Shown: positions 45,899 to 54,265 of the stretch, one piece after another
Layout: the number at the start of each line of letters is the position of its first letter
How positions within the stretch are numbered: the first letter of the stretch is position 1
NCBI GenBank assembly: GCA_041660885.1
Contig: JBAZVM010000002.1
Location: forward strand, 14,025-78,024
Length of the DNA: 64,000 nucleotides
Origin: Patescibacteria group bacterium
GTDB taxonomy: Bacteria > Patescibacteriota > Patescibacteriia > UBA9570 > JAHJKD01
Direction: 5' to 3'
Notes under the pieces: generated by a model
Seen by the model: only the letters and a program-made list of their open reading frames with translations
Database searches by the model: none
Told to the model about the DNA's origin: nothing
Made by a program: the position numbers and the translations under genes

Positions 45899-46200
45899 GA
45901 CTACCGACCTCCTTGCTCTGATCAAAATGATTTTTATGTTTTGTTAAGCTTAAATGGTCTCTTTATCTTTTTAACTTAACGACGAAATATACACTAAAAA
46001 TGGCTTTATGTCAATAGTAAATGATTAAATATAGGCTAAAAATAGCAAAAAAATATTTATTTTGGCTAAAATAAACCATTTTTACTGGTACAAAATCTGA
46101 AGGCGGCTTTTCTACTATATCCATGCTACGCGCGACCTCCTATTCTAATTCTAAAATCTTTGCTAAAATAGGTTCCAGTAGCGTCGTATAAAGATACATT

Positions 46201-46274
46201 TGGGTGTATAGCTCAGTTGGTTAGAGCGTCACATTGACATTGTGAAGGTCTCTGGTTCGAGTCCAGATACACCC
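46201..46274 (+). tRNA. tRNA-Val(GAC)
   Basis: Acceptor gggtgta/tacaccc, anticodon stem tcaca/tgtga with loop tTGACAt, T arm tctgg-ttcgagt-ccaga. Confidence 0.85.
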
Positions 46275-46296
46275 ACCTATTATTAAACATACAAAA

Positions 46297-47040
46297 ATGA
46301 AAAAAGATAAAATCAGGGACATCATTGCCCAAAGCCACCGAGGAAAGCAAGAAGAGCTAGCCCAATTGCGCGGAGAAATCATCAAGCCAAAAGATATAGC
46401 GGAAAAAGCCGGCTGGATAACTTGGAGAATTTTACGCATTATGGCGGAGTTCACGGATGGGTATGACTTCTTGGGAAAATTAGAGCAAGATGTCACTGTC
46501 TTCGGTTCTGCCAGAACAAAACCGGGATCAAGATACTACGAAGAAGCATATAAATTAGGCAGGTTGCTCGGCCAGCATAAATATACTGTTGTTACCGGCG
46601 GAGGCCCGGGTATTATGGAAGCGGCCAACAAAGGCGCTTTCGAAGTCGGCGCCAAATCTTTGGGCTTGAACATTAAATTGCCCATGGAACAAAGGTTAAA
46701 CCCGTATGTCACCGGCAGCATCGGCTTTCATTTTTTCTTCACCAGAAAAGTAATGCTTACCTCCCCTTCGGCCGCGTTCGCCTTTTTCCCCGGAGGATTC
46801 GGTACCATGGATGAATTCTTTGAAGTGGTAACTTTAATCCAAACCAGAAAAATGGATAGAGTGCCTTGCGTACTTGTAGGCAAAGAATTCTGGAGCCCTT
46901 TAAATCATTTTATTAAATATGGCATGTTGGACAACGAACATACCATTAATAAAGAGGATATGAATTTATATACCATCGTGGATACGGCCGAAGAAGCTTA
47001 TTCGTTTATAAAAAAATACAAGATTAAAAGAACTTTCTAA
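46297..47040 (+). CDS. LOG family protein (TIGR00730), native-composition copy
   Basis: GGGPGIMEAANKGA and PGGFGTMDEFFE motifs. 247 aa. Confidence 0.8.
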   Translation: MKKDKIRDIIAQSHRGKQEELAQLRGEIIKPKDIAEKAGWITWRILRIMAEFTDGYDFLGKLEQDVTVFGSARTKPGSRYYEEAYKLGRLLGQHKYTVVTGGGPGIMEAANKGAFEVGAKSLGLNIKLPMEQRLNPYVTGSIGFHFFFTRKVMLTSPSAAFAFFPGGFGTMDEFFEVVTLIQTRKMDRVPCVLVGKEFWSPLNHFIKYGMLDNEHTINKEDMNLYTIVDTAEEAYSFIKKYKIKRTF

Positions 47041-47969
47041 TGGATTATAAAGTTAAACCGGAGTTTATTGATGAACGTTTAGATAAATTTTTAGTTAAAA
47101 AATTTCCCAATTTATCAAGAGCGCAAATTCAAAAAGCCATCACCGATGGCCATGTTTTGGTTAACAACCAAAAGCCTTCCAAACACCGTTTTCTAAAAGC
47201 AGACGATCTCGTTAATATTGATTTCAATGCTGAAGAACTGGAAAAAAAATCACCGGCAGCTTTGCAGCCCAATGCCGACATTAAGCTAAATATTCTTTTT
47301 GAAGACGAAAACTATATAATAGTTAATAAACCGGCTAATCAAATCGTGCACCCGGCCGAGCATTATAAAAATAACGATACTCTGGCTCATGGTTTGCTGG
47401 CTCACTTTCCCGGCATCGCTTTGGTGGGAGAAGACAAAACGCGCCCAGGCATAGTGCACCGCTTAGACAAAGAAGTTTCCGGCGTGTTGGCTGTTCCCAA
47501 AACTCAAGAAGCATTTTTGCATCTTAAAAAGCAATTTCAAGATAGGAGCATCTACAAAGAATATATTGCCTTGGTGTACGGAAAAATGCCTCAGAATCAT
47601 GATTATATAACCTTTAATATTGAAAGGTCCAAAACCAGAGGCCACAAAATGGCGGCCAAACCGGATAATTCCGGAAAAGAAGCAGTGACAGAATATGAAG
47701 TCACCAAAGAATATGCTTTATATTCTTTATTAAAGGTAATCATCCATACCGGACGCACGCATCAGATCAGGGTTCATCTTAACGCCCTTTCCCATCCCAT
47801 TATAGGGGATGAATTATACTGTCCGAAAAACTTAAAGAACAAAGCGAAAATTAATAGAATTTTCTTGCACGCGCACATCCTGAAATTTAAAAATATGCAG
47901 GGCGAAGAGCTTTCATTCAAAGCGGCTTTACCCGATGATTTAAAGGTTTTTCTTGAAAAAATAAAATAA
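47040..47969 (+). CDS. RluA-family 23S rRNA pseudouridine synthase (RluD-like)
   Basis: N-terminal S4 domain (RLDKFL), catalytic HRLDKEVSG, and GRTHQIRVH. TAATG overlap with the upstream gene. Confidence 0.8.
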   Translation: MDYKVKPEFIDERLDKFLVKKFPNLSRAQIQKAITDGHVLVNNQKPSKHRFLKADDLVNIDFNAEELEKKSPAALQPNADIKLNILFEDENYIIVNKPANQIVHPAEHYKNNDTLAHGLLAHFPGIALVGEDKTRPGIVHRLDKEVSGVLAVPKTQEAFLHLKKQFQDRSIYKEYIALVYGKMPQNHDYITFNIERSKTRGHKMAAKPDNSGKEAVTEYEVTKEYALYSLLKVIIHTGRTHQIRVHLNALSHPIIGDELYCPKNLKNKAKINRIFLHAHILKFKNMQGEELSFKAALPDDLKVFLEKIK

Positions 47970-47978
47970 TAAGCAGGC

Positions 47979-48007
47979 TTGACGAAACAAGCCTATTTAT
48001 TTATACT
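47979..48007 (+). promoter_or_regulatory. sigma70-like promoter of rplS, overlapping the upstream terminator hairpin
   Basis: TTGACG (47979-84), a 17-nt spacer, then TATACT (48002-07). The hairpin aggcttg-acgaaa-caagcct precedes it. Confidence 0.4.
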
Positions 48008-48061
48008 ATAAAAGTCTTGGATTATTCCAAGATTTTAATTACTTTAATTTATCATTTTACT

Positions 48062-48400
48062 ATGGAAGAAGCAGCAAAACCGCAGGAACAAAAGGTGAAA
48101 AAAGCCGAATTGCCCAAATTAAAACCGGGTAATAAAGTTAGAGTCCACCAGAGAATCAAAGAGGGGAAAAAAGAAAGAACGCAAATATTCGAAGGCATGA
48201 TCATAGCCATAAAAGGCGCGACGCCGGAAACAAAAACCATTACCGTGCGTAAAATGTCCGAAGGCGTTTCCGTGGAAAAAATCTTCCCTCTGGCCTTGCC
48301 AACTATTGAAAAAATAGAAGTTACCGGAACAATAACCGTACGCCGCGCGAAACTATATTATCTTCGCGATTACAAGAAAAAGGTTAAAGATAAGAAATAA
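48062..48400 (+). CDS. rplS: 50S ribosomal protein L19
   Basis: KPGNKVRVHQRIKEG.KERTQIFEGMIIA is the L19 core. The likely start is the ATG at 48062 (ORF track: 48017). Confidence 0.85.
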   Translation: MEEAAKPQEQKVKKAELPKLKPGNKVRVHQRIKEGKKERTQIFEGMIIAIKGATPETKTITVRKMSEGVSVEKIFPLALPTIEKIEVTGTITVRRAKLYYLRDYKKKVKDKK

Positions 48401-48411
48401 TTCTAATTCTG

Positions 48412-48496
48412 GCCGGGGTGGTGTAATTGGTAGACACGCTACTTTGAGGTGGTAGTGGCTGTATAAGCCGTGGAGGTTCAAGTCCTCTCCCCGGCA
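48412..48496 (+). tRNA. tRNA-Leu(GAG), long variable arm
   Basis: Acceptor gccgggg/ccccggc, anticodon stem ctact/ggtag with loop tTGAGgt, a 16-nt variable arm, and T arm ggagg-ttcaagt-cctct. Confidence 0.85.
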
Positions 48497-48502
48497 CACT
48501 CG

Positions 48503-48576
48503 GGGTGCTTAGCTCAGTTGGTTAGAGCGTCTCGTTTACACCGAGAAGGCCAGGGGTTCGAGTCCCTTAGCACCCA
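48503..48576 (+). tRNA. tRNA-Val(TAC)
   Basis: Acceptor gggtgct/agcaccc, anticodon stem tctcg/cgaga with loop tTTACAc. Confidence 0.85.
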
Positions 48577-48580
48577 CATT

Positions 48581-48814
48581 ATGGCAAAATACATTATTGG
48601 CATCATTATGATCGGCGTGGCTATTGCCATGGTCATTAAAACGGAATGGTTCATCAACTTTTCCGGGCGCATCCAATGGGCGGAAGATAAACTGGGCGGA
48701 GACGGCACGCGCACATTTTATAAACTGCTAGGAATAATTATTATTTTTCTTTCCGTACTGGTTATGAGCGGAAGAATTTTCGCGATATTCGATTGGATTT
48801 TCAGTAAAGGCTAA
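48581..48814 (+). CDS. small membrane protein (77 aa) embedded in the tRNA cluster
   Basis: MAKYIIGIIMIGVAIAMVIK... has two TM helices. The longer ORF-track version (48470) runs through two tRNAs and was trimmed. Confidence 0.5.
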   Translation: MAKYIIGIIMIGVAIAMVIKTEWFINFSGRIQWAEDKLGGDGTRTFYKLLGIIIIFLSVLVMSGRIFAIFDWIFSKG

Positions 48815-48819
48815 AAAAA

Positions 48820-48893
48820 GGGCCCGTAGCTCAGTTGGCTAGAGCGCCGCATTTGCATTGCGGAGGTCAGGAGTTCGACTCTCCTCGGGTCCA
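48820..48893 (+). tRNA. tRNA-Ala(TGC)
   Basis: Acceptor gggcccg/cgggtcc with the G3:U70 identity pair. Anticodon loop tTTGCAt. Confidence 0.9.
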
Positions 48894-48898
48894 CTAAT

Positions 48899-50122
48899 TT
48901 ATTTCTTCTTCGTGCTATGTTTCTTCTTTTGCTTTTTCAGCATCTTTTCTAATTTATAGAGATGGTAAATGGTAACCGAGCTTAAGATAGTCAGCAAGCC
49001 AATGGCTATGCCAAACACATAAAATGGCCAATAACTTTTTTCCTCAGTATAAACAGTCTGGGCTTTTTTTCCCGTTACATTTAAAACTAAATAATCGGAA
49101 ACGGCATTACCCGCTTTATCCACGGCTTGCATGGATATCTGATAACTTCCCGCTTGTAAAAAAGGCAAAAAATATTTTTCCGCTTCTTTTGGGGTAATTT
49201 TTCCTAATATTTTGTTATTTATAAAAACAGAAAAATAATCAATTCCGGAATTGTCATCGTAAGCGGCCAAATTTAAGTATGGAGATTTTTTATTTTTATG
49301 TATGTCAAAAATAAAAGATCGGGGAGGTTGCGTGTCAATTTTAAATTGATAGTGGCTGGTTTCGCTCCAGTCTGCACTATTTTTCGCGCGCAAATGAAAA
49401 TACCAAATGCCATCCGCAAGATCGTATTTCTCCAGCGTTGTCTCTTGTGTGTCTTCTTCTGTATCGGGCATGGTATCCGCAGTTTGGTTTAAATCATAAC
49501 TAAAATCCGTCACTCCTTCGTCTTTATTCCAAGATAATTTAATATTTTTATTAGCATACCAAAAATCACTTAGGGGATGCGTTTCAGAAATAATATTTGG
49601 TGTAACTGGTTTCTGTTTATTTTTTTCATTATCATCATCTATTTTATCCTCAGTGCTTTCTTTAATATTATAATTGGTTTGGCCAAGGCCGGTTAATATG
49701 TTCTGCGAAGTATTGGAAATTAAATATAATTTCCCGCTTAATACTTTCACTTGAGCCGTACCCAATGCTTTAGCATGAAACACCATGGAAATAAGAGAAC
49801 CGTTTCCGGAAAAACCGGGATTCGGCCTACCACCGGAAAAAGCTATCAAGCCTCCGGAACCGGAAGGTCCTTGGTTCCAAAATGTAAAAGCCGATCCTTT
49901 AGAAATACTTATCAGCTCCAAAGTGTCCGTAGAATAAGAAATGCTTCCATCTCCGGCGCCAATGGCGTCTCCTCCGGTGCCAACTACTAAACTCACCGTA
50001 ATATTTGAATCTAAATCATATTCTCCGCTGGTTGGAGATAAATAATAAGAACCGGACGCCCAAGAAGCGCAAAAAGGGAAAAACAAGAAAAAAATTATTA
50101 AAACTACACACTCCTTTTTCAT
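48899..50122 (-). CDS. membrane-anchored cohesin-like surface protein
   Basis: Signal peptide, a cohesin-like beta-sandwich (YYLSPTSGEYDL...ISYSTDTLELISI), an Ig-like module (THP..WY....L.W...DFSY...DG.WYFH), and a C-terminal TM helix with a KKQKKKH tail. Confidence 0.55.
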   Translation of the reverse strand: MKKECVVLIIFFLFFPFCASWASGSYYLSPTSGEYDLDSNITVSLVVGTGGDAIGAGDGSISYSTDTLELISISKGSAFTFWNQGPSGSGGLIAFSGGRPNPGFSGNGSLISMVFHAKALGTAQVKVLSGKLYLISNTSQNILTGLGQTNYNIKESTEDKIDDDNEKNKQKPVTPNIISETHPLSDFWYANKNIKLSWNKDEGVTDFSYDLNQTADTMPDTEEDTQETTLEKYDLADGIWYFHLRAKNSADWSETSHYQFKIDTQPPRSFIFDIHKNKKSPYLNLAAYDDNSGIDYFSVFINNKILGKITPKEAEKYFLPFLQAGSYQISMQAVDKAGNAVSDYLVLNVTGKKAQTVYTEEKSYWPFYVFGIAIGLLTILSSVTIYHLYKLEKMLKKQKKKHSTKKK

Positions 50123-50124
50123 AT

Positions 50125-51255
50125 TTATTTTATTTTTCTTCTTCTTTTTGAGAGCACGAAAAAGGCGATAACTATCACAACTAAAATAACAATAAATAGA
50201 ATACTTTTTTTATAGCTACGACCCTGCCCGTTATATTGCACTTCAGTTTGCGTTTCGTTGCCGGCTTTATCAAAAGCCGTAATGGTAATTATCTGCTTTT
50301 TATCTTGATCTTGAATGGTATAAGGGCTGGATAAATTTTCATAAATATGTTTTCCTTCTTGCACGGTATAAGAAGTCACCCCGGAAACGCTATCTTGGGC
50401 GGAAAAACTAACAAAAAATTGCCCGTCCAAACCTTCCGGCGTTTGGCCGATTAACGCCTGCAAATTATCCGGCGGGGTAGTGTCTATTAAAAATTTTTGA
50501 AAAGTTGTTTGTCCCCAATCGTCGTCAGACACTTTTTGCTTGATGCCGAAATAATAAACGCCATCTGTTAAATTTTCATATGTTTTACTGCCTGTTTCTT
50601 GTTCCGGAGCGGAATCTGGTTCTTTTGTTTCATTTTTATTTAATATATAGCTGTAATCAAGCGCTCCTGAATTTTCCCACTGCACGGAAAGTTTATTATT
50701 GCCGTACCAAATATTTTCTTCCGGATGCGTTGTTGATGTAATATTTATTTTATAAGGATCGCTTGGATTAATAACATAGGCAGATGGCTTAACTTTTATC
50801 TCAACCGGCTCTGGTTTTTCATCGCCATAAGCTAAAACTTGGCTTTTTTCTACATCAAGATTTATTTCAGTTTCTCCGGTTTTTGTTCCTGTAAAAACTA
50901 TCGTGAATAATTTCGCGTTTATTACGTATCCCCCTTCGGTAACTCCGCCAGTGAACATGATCTTTCCTCCTTCAACCGTAACTTGCGGTTCCACCATCCA
51001 TACATCCAAAGCGGATCCTCCGGTTATAATATCCTCAACCCGTAAATAATCTTTGGGATACGTTATTTCCCCTTGCACCGTATTAATGATTTCTAATTCG
51101 CTGTCCAACCAAACAGAAACTTCCACTGTTTCGTTCTGTTGCATGATTTTTTCACGCGGAGAAAAAGAAACAATGGCCGCATGGGAAATAATCGGCAGAC
51201 ACCAGAATAAAATGGTCATTAATAATAATTTGCGCATATTTTTCAACCCGTCCAA
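50125..51255 (-). CDS. membrane-anchored cohesin-like surface protein (paralog of 48899..50122)
   Basis: Same architecture: signal peptide, cohesin-like domain (VEVSVWLDS...GEITYPKDYLRVEDI), a THPEENIWY..DYSY..DGVYYFG module, and a C-terminal TM helix with an RRRK tail. Confidence 0.55.
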   Translation of the reverse strand: MDGLKNMRKLLLMTILFWCLPIISHAAIVSFSPREKIMQQNETVEVSVWLDSELEIINTVQGEITYPKDYLRVEDIITGGSALDVWMVEPQVTVEGGKIMFTGGVTEGGYVINAKLFTIVFTGTKTGETEINLDVEKSQVLAYGDEKPEPVEIKVKPSAYVINPSDPYKINITSTTHPEENIWYGNNKLSVQWENSGALDYSYILNKNETKEPDSAPEQETGSKTYENLTDGVYYFGIKQKVSDDDWGQTTFQKFLIDTTPPDNLQALIGQTPEGLDGQFFVSFSAQDSVSGVTSYTVQEGKHIYENLSSPYTIQDQDKKQIITITAFDKAGNETQTEVQYNGQGRSYKKSILFIVILVVIVIAFFVLSKRRRKIK

Positions 51256-52124
51256 TAAGACATTAATTCGCTAAAATCCAAAATATCCACTTTGCCGTCT
51301 TTATTAATATCCGCGCGTACGGAAGAAGATACTGTCTGACCCCAATACATCTGCATTATGCTTAAATCCAAAGCATTTACCAAGCCATCGCAATTAATAT
51401 CGGCGTCTAACGCTAAATCGCACGCGCCAAGCGCCGGATTTTTAGTGACTTTAAATTTAATTTTCTTGGAAAAAATCGAAGTGACGCCATTTTTCTTTTT
51501 GGCTTTTACTTTCGCGGTATGTTTGCCTAATGACAGCGTCGTAGCCAGCAACCGTCTGGACCAGCGGCCGCGCCTGTTGCTTAAAGCGTGTACGGATAAA
51601 ACTTCAGCGGAGTGTATTTTTATCAATATTTTTTTTCTTGGCGCTGTGGTACCGAAAAATTTTATCCTTTTGCCTTTCGGGACCGTACGTTTATTAGCTT
51701 TCACGGTCGGCGGTAAAAAAATGCCGGAAAGCGTAGCCGAGGTTCCTTCGGTTATCGTCATGATATATTTCGTGGCTCTGCCGTTTAAACCTAAAAGGTC
51801 TCGGCCGTAAATTTTAAAAGTATAAGTGCTTGGCAATACTTGCTTTGTTACGGAAAATTTAGCTTGAGAACTGGCTGTCAACGAATAAATTAATTCCTGC
51901 CCGCTTTTTACATAAACCGAAGAACGAGGATAAGCTAAACCTTTAAAAGTAACGAATGATTCCAGCTCTTCCGGAGTGGTAGTTCCGGTTGTGGGCACTT
52001 CAGCGGAAATACTAACCTCCAAAGCGCTGGTTGAATATGAAAACCCCATAATCAAAATGATTATGGGGAGAAAAGTGAAGAAAAAAAGCAGTTTATTTTT
52101 TAGCGCGTTTAATAATCCAGGCAT
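51243..52124 (-). CDS. secreted dockerin-containing protein
   Basis: Signal peptide, Ig-like region, and a C-terminal duplicated EF-hand-like dockerin repeat (DADINCDGLVNALDLSIMQMYW ... ADINKDGKVDILDFSELMSYW). Confidence 0.65.
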   Translation of the reverse strand: MPGLLNALKNKLLFFFTFLPIIILIMGFSYSTSALEVSISAEVPTTGTTTPEELESFVTFKGLAYPRSSVYVKSGQELIYSLTASSQAKFSVTKQVLPSTYTFKIYGRDLLGLNGRATKYIMTITEGTSATLSGIFLPPTVKANKRTVPKGKRIKFFGTTAPRKKILIKIHSAEVLSVHALSNRRGRWSRRLLATTLSLGKHTAKVKAKKKNGVTSIFSKKIKFKVTKNPALGACDLALDADINCDGLVNALDLSIMQMYWGQTVSSSVRADINKDGKVDILDFSELMSYWTG

Positions 52125-53076
52125 TGTAGCGTTTGATCAAGATTATGAATAAAACCACCAACACTACTAGAATTATCGTAATGAGAGTAAGCAACCTCCA
52201 AGGAATCACCCAGAAAGAAACCGTGGCCGTATCCTGCAAATTATCCTCAACGCCGAAAGTCACGGCTAAATCGGCCGTGTATTTACCAAAAGCGAAATTT
52301 TTATACTCATTGCTTAGTTCCGTAAAAAAATTGGCAAAGGCATTGCTATTGGCTTCCACTACTTCTCCCTTTTCCCAAAGCATATCGTATTTTCTGGTTT
52401 GTTTCGGCAGAGTGGCTCCTTTGCTGGAATTTACCGCGATTTTCTCTTTCACGGAGTTAAACATATTAGTTATCGTGGCTGTTCCTTGCGGTCGCAGATG
52501 GACAGAACCCGTATTTTCAAAGCGCATGGTTAAATCTGTAGGCAAACGATTATAAATTTTCTTGGTGGTAGTGAAATCCTTTATATTTCCTGATTCGACA
52601 ACATCACCATCTACAGTGACTAAAAATAAAGTACCAATTTTTGTACCAATGGCAATTTTACCTGATCCTTCCGGTACCGGGGGTTGGTTAGTAAAAAATA
52701 AAGCCGCATAATGCCCACCCGCATCGACATCGGCCGGTACTTTAATTTTTACATTTAAAGCTTTTCTTTCCCCGGGATTAACAGTAAAAGGCCCTTTTTC
52801 CACTTCAATCCATGAGCTAAGATCGGTTAATTCATCTTCAAAAGTGAAAGAAGGTTGGCCGGTTTCACCCATGGCGGAAAAATTCGCCACTTCCGTATAC
52901 AATTCTTCGGCTTTTTGGGTTTCATTGAATATTTTAATTTCAATCTCCGATTCTTGCCCCGGTTCTATTTGTAATTCAAACGATGGCGGTATCAATGTCA
53001 TGGCTGAAGCCGGATGCAAGGAACATATAAGCAATAATGCTAGTGAAGTTGCCAATGAGGCAATTATGCGTTTCAT
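52093..53076 (-). CDS. CscA-like (DUF916/DUF3324-like) cell-surface protein with C-terminal membrane anchor
   Basis: Signal peptide, two beta-sandwich-like halves (LQIEPGQESEIEIKIFN..., WIEV..FTVNPGERKALNVKIKVP...GGHY) and a C-terminal TM helix with a basic tail. This is the architecture of WxL-locus CscA proteins. Confidence 0.45.
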   Translation of the reverse strand: MKRIIASLATSLALLLICSLHPASAMTLIPPSFELQIEPGQESEIEIKIFNETQKAEELYTEVANFSAMGETGQPSFTFEDELTDLSSWIEVEKGPFTVNPGERKALNVKIKVPADVDAGGHYAALFFTNQPPVPEGSGKIAIGTKIGTLFLVTVDGDVVESGNIKDFTTTKKIYNRLPTDLTMRFENTGSVHLRPQGTATITNMFNSVKEKIAVNSSKGATLPKQTRKYDMLWEKGEVVEANSNAFANFFTELSNEYKNFAFGKYTADLAVTFGVEDNLQDTATVSFWVIPWRLLTLITIILVVLVVLFIILIKRYNAWIIKRAKK

Positions 53077-53096
53077 TTTGTTAAATATTTTAAAGA

Positions 53097-54173
53097 TTAA
53101 AAAGTACCGGTAGCAATGTACGTAACATTGGTGGTGTAGGTACCCGGTTGCGTTGTGCCAGCAATGTTAGCTAAGTAATAAGCCGAAATGGTTTCCGCAT
53201 CTGTTGGCCCTAGTTCTGAAACAACGGTTGTGGTTGTGCTGGCAACATAATTCCAATCGCGATTGGCTGGCGTGGCATTATGATCATATCCGGAAGCTAT
53301 GGTGGCATCACCGCTAGTAGAAAAACCCATGGCAAATTGTTCTGTTCCAGCAGAGCCATTTTCATCATTAGTAATGGTAGCTACGGAAATGGTATTGCCT
53401 CCGTCTGTTAAAGTCGCGCCATTATATGTAATAACATAACCGCTTCCTGCATTTGTGGCCACTTGCATAGTATGAGCGGCTGCGGAATCAGTATCTGAAC
53501 CAGTAGTGCCGGTGGCAAAACGGGCGTTAGCTGTAGCTAATGTACCAAAACCTATAGTGGTGTCATCGATAGAAAAAGTAATGGAAGGATCAACAGTAGA
53601 AGTAATGTAAACGCTGTCATCGTCAACCAACGCCACGGCAACAGAACCGCTGTCTGTCATTGTGCCGCCAATTTCTATTTCTTTGGAGCCTGAAGTGGAA
53701 GCATTGTCAATTTGATTAGCACCGGTACCATCGTGCGTTGCTCCCGTACCGATTTTAACAGTAACGGTTGCGGCCGCGGCTATTGAACCGCCGTCGCCGG
53801 TGCAAAAATTAAAAGTAATAACTTGGCCGGCAATACCTACGCCAACTGCGTCCGCTCCAGTACAATCAGCGGCTGTTTCTTCGTCCGTACCTTCTTCTTC
53901 AATATCGATATCATCTTCTGTCACCCCGGTTAAATCAAAATCCGAAGGAAATGTTAATGTAATTGTTTCCGCATTAGCCACTCCTGTAGCAGTATCAAAT
54001 ACGATAGTATGGTTGGAATTAACATCTTTTGTAGCCGTAGATAATGTGTCGCTGACATTTGATAATCCATCCGCGCGCACAGCAGTTTGCGGTACAAATA
54101 ATACCATTGCCATAGCAAAAATCACAAAAATAGATGTGATTCTATGCATAGACATCATTGATAACTTTTTCAT
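53097..54173 (-). CDS. secreted surface subunit sharing the C-terminal domain of the giant protein
   Basis: Signal peptide ending VRADG. The last ~160 aa align with the C-terminus of 54266..61198 (DTTIGFG.L..ANAR.ATGT.GSD...ISAYY..NI...T.PG.YTT..TYI.T..F). Confidence 0.6.
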   Translation of the reverse strand: MKKLSMMSMHRITSIFVIFAMAMVLFVPQTAVRADGLSNVSDTLSTATKDVNSNHTIVFDTATGVANAETITLTFPSDFDLTGVTEDDIDIEEEGTDEETAADCTGADAVGVGIAGQVITFNFCTGDGGSIAAAATVTVKIGTGATHDGTGANQIDNASTSGSKEIEIGGTMTDSGSVAVALVDDDSVYITSTVDPSITFSIDDTTIGFGTLATANARFATGTTGSDTDSAAAHTMQVATNAGSGYVITYNGATLTDGGNTISVATITNDENGSAGTEQFAMGFSTSGDATIASGYDHNATPANRDWNYVASTTTTVVSELGPTDAETISAYYLANIAGTTQPGTYTTNVTYIATGTF

Positions 54174-54235
54174 AATTTTGTTTTTTATTTTATATTTATT
54201 GATTAAAATATGATATTTTTTAACCAGTTATATGT

Positions 54236-54264
54236 ATTATAGCATACTTTTTAATGTCGGTCAA
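54236..54264 (-). promoter_or_regulatory. strong sigma70-like promoter for the 358-aa subunit gene
   Basis: On the minus strand: TTGACC (54264-54259), a 17-nt spacer, then TATAAT (54241-54236). The -35 abuts the stop codon of the giant gene. Confidence 0.55.
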
Positions 54265-54265
54265 T

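Noticed and set aside
45347-45979. 210-aa plus-strand ORF, and 45552..45833, overlapping the GC-rich gene
   Set aside because: GC-rich DNA gives long ORFs in several frames. The minus-strand frame has a canonical SD, a family-like N-terminus (NVTPH) and a less Arg/Pro-skewed composition.
48470-48580. N-terminal extension of ORF 48470..48814 (MEVQVLSPAHSGCLAQLVRAS...)
   Set aside because: This part is the translation of tRNA-Leu and tRNA-Val sequence. The CDS was trimmed to the ATG at 48581.
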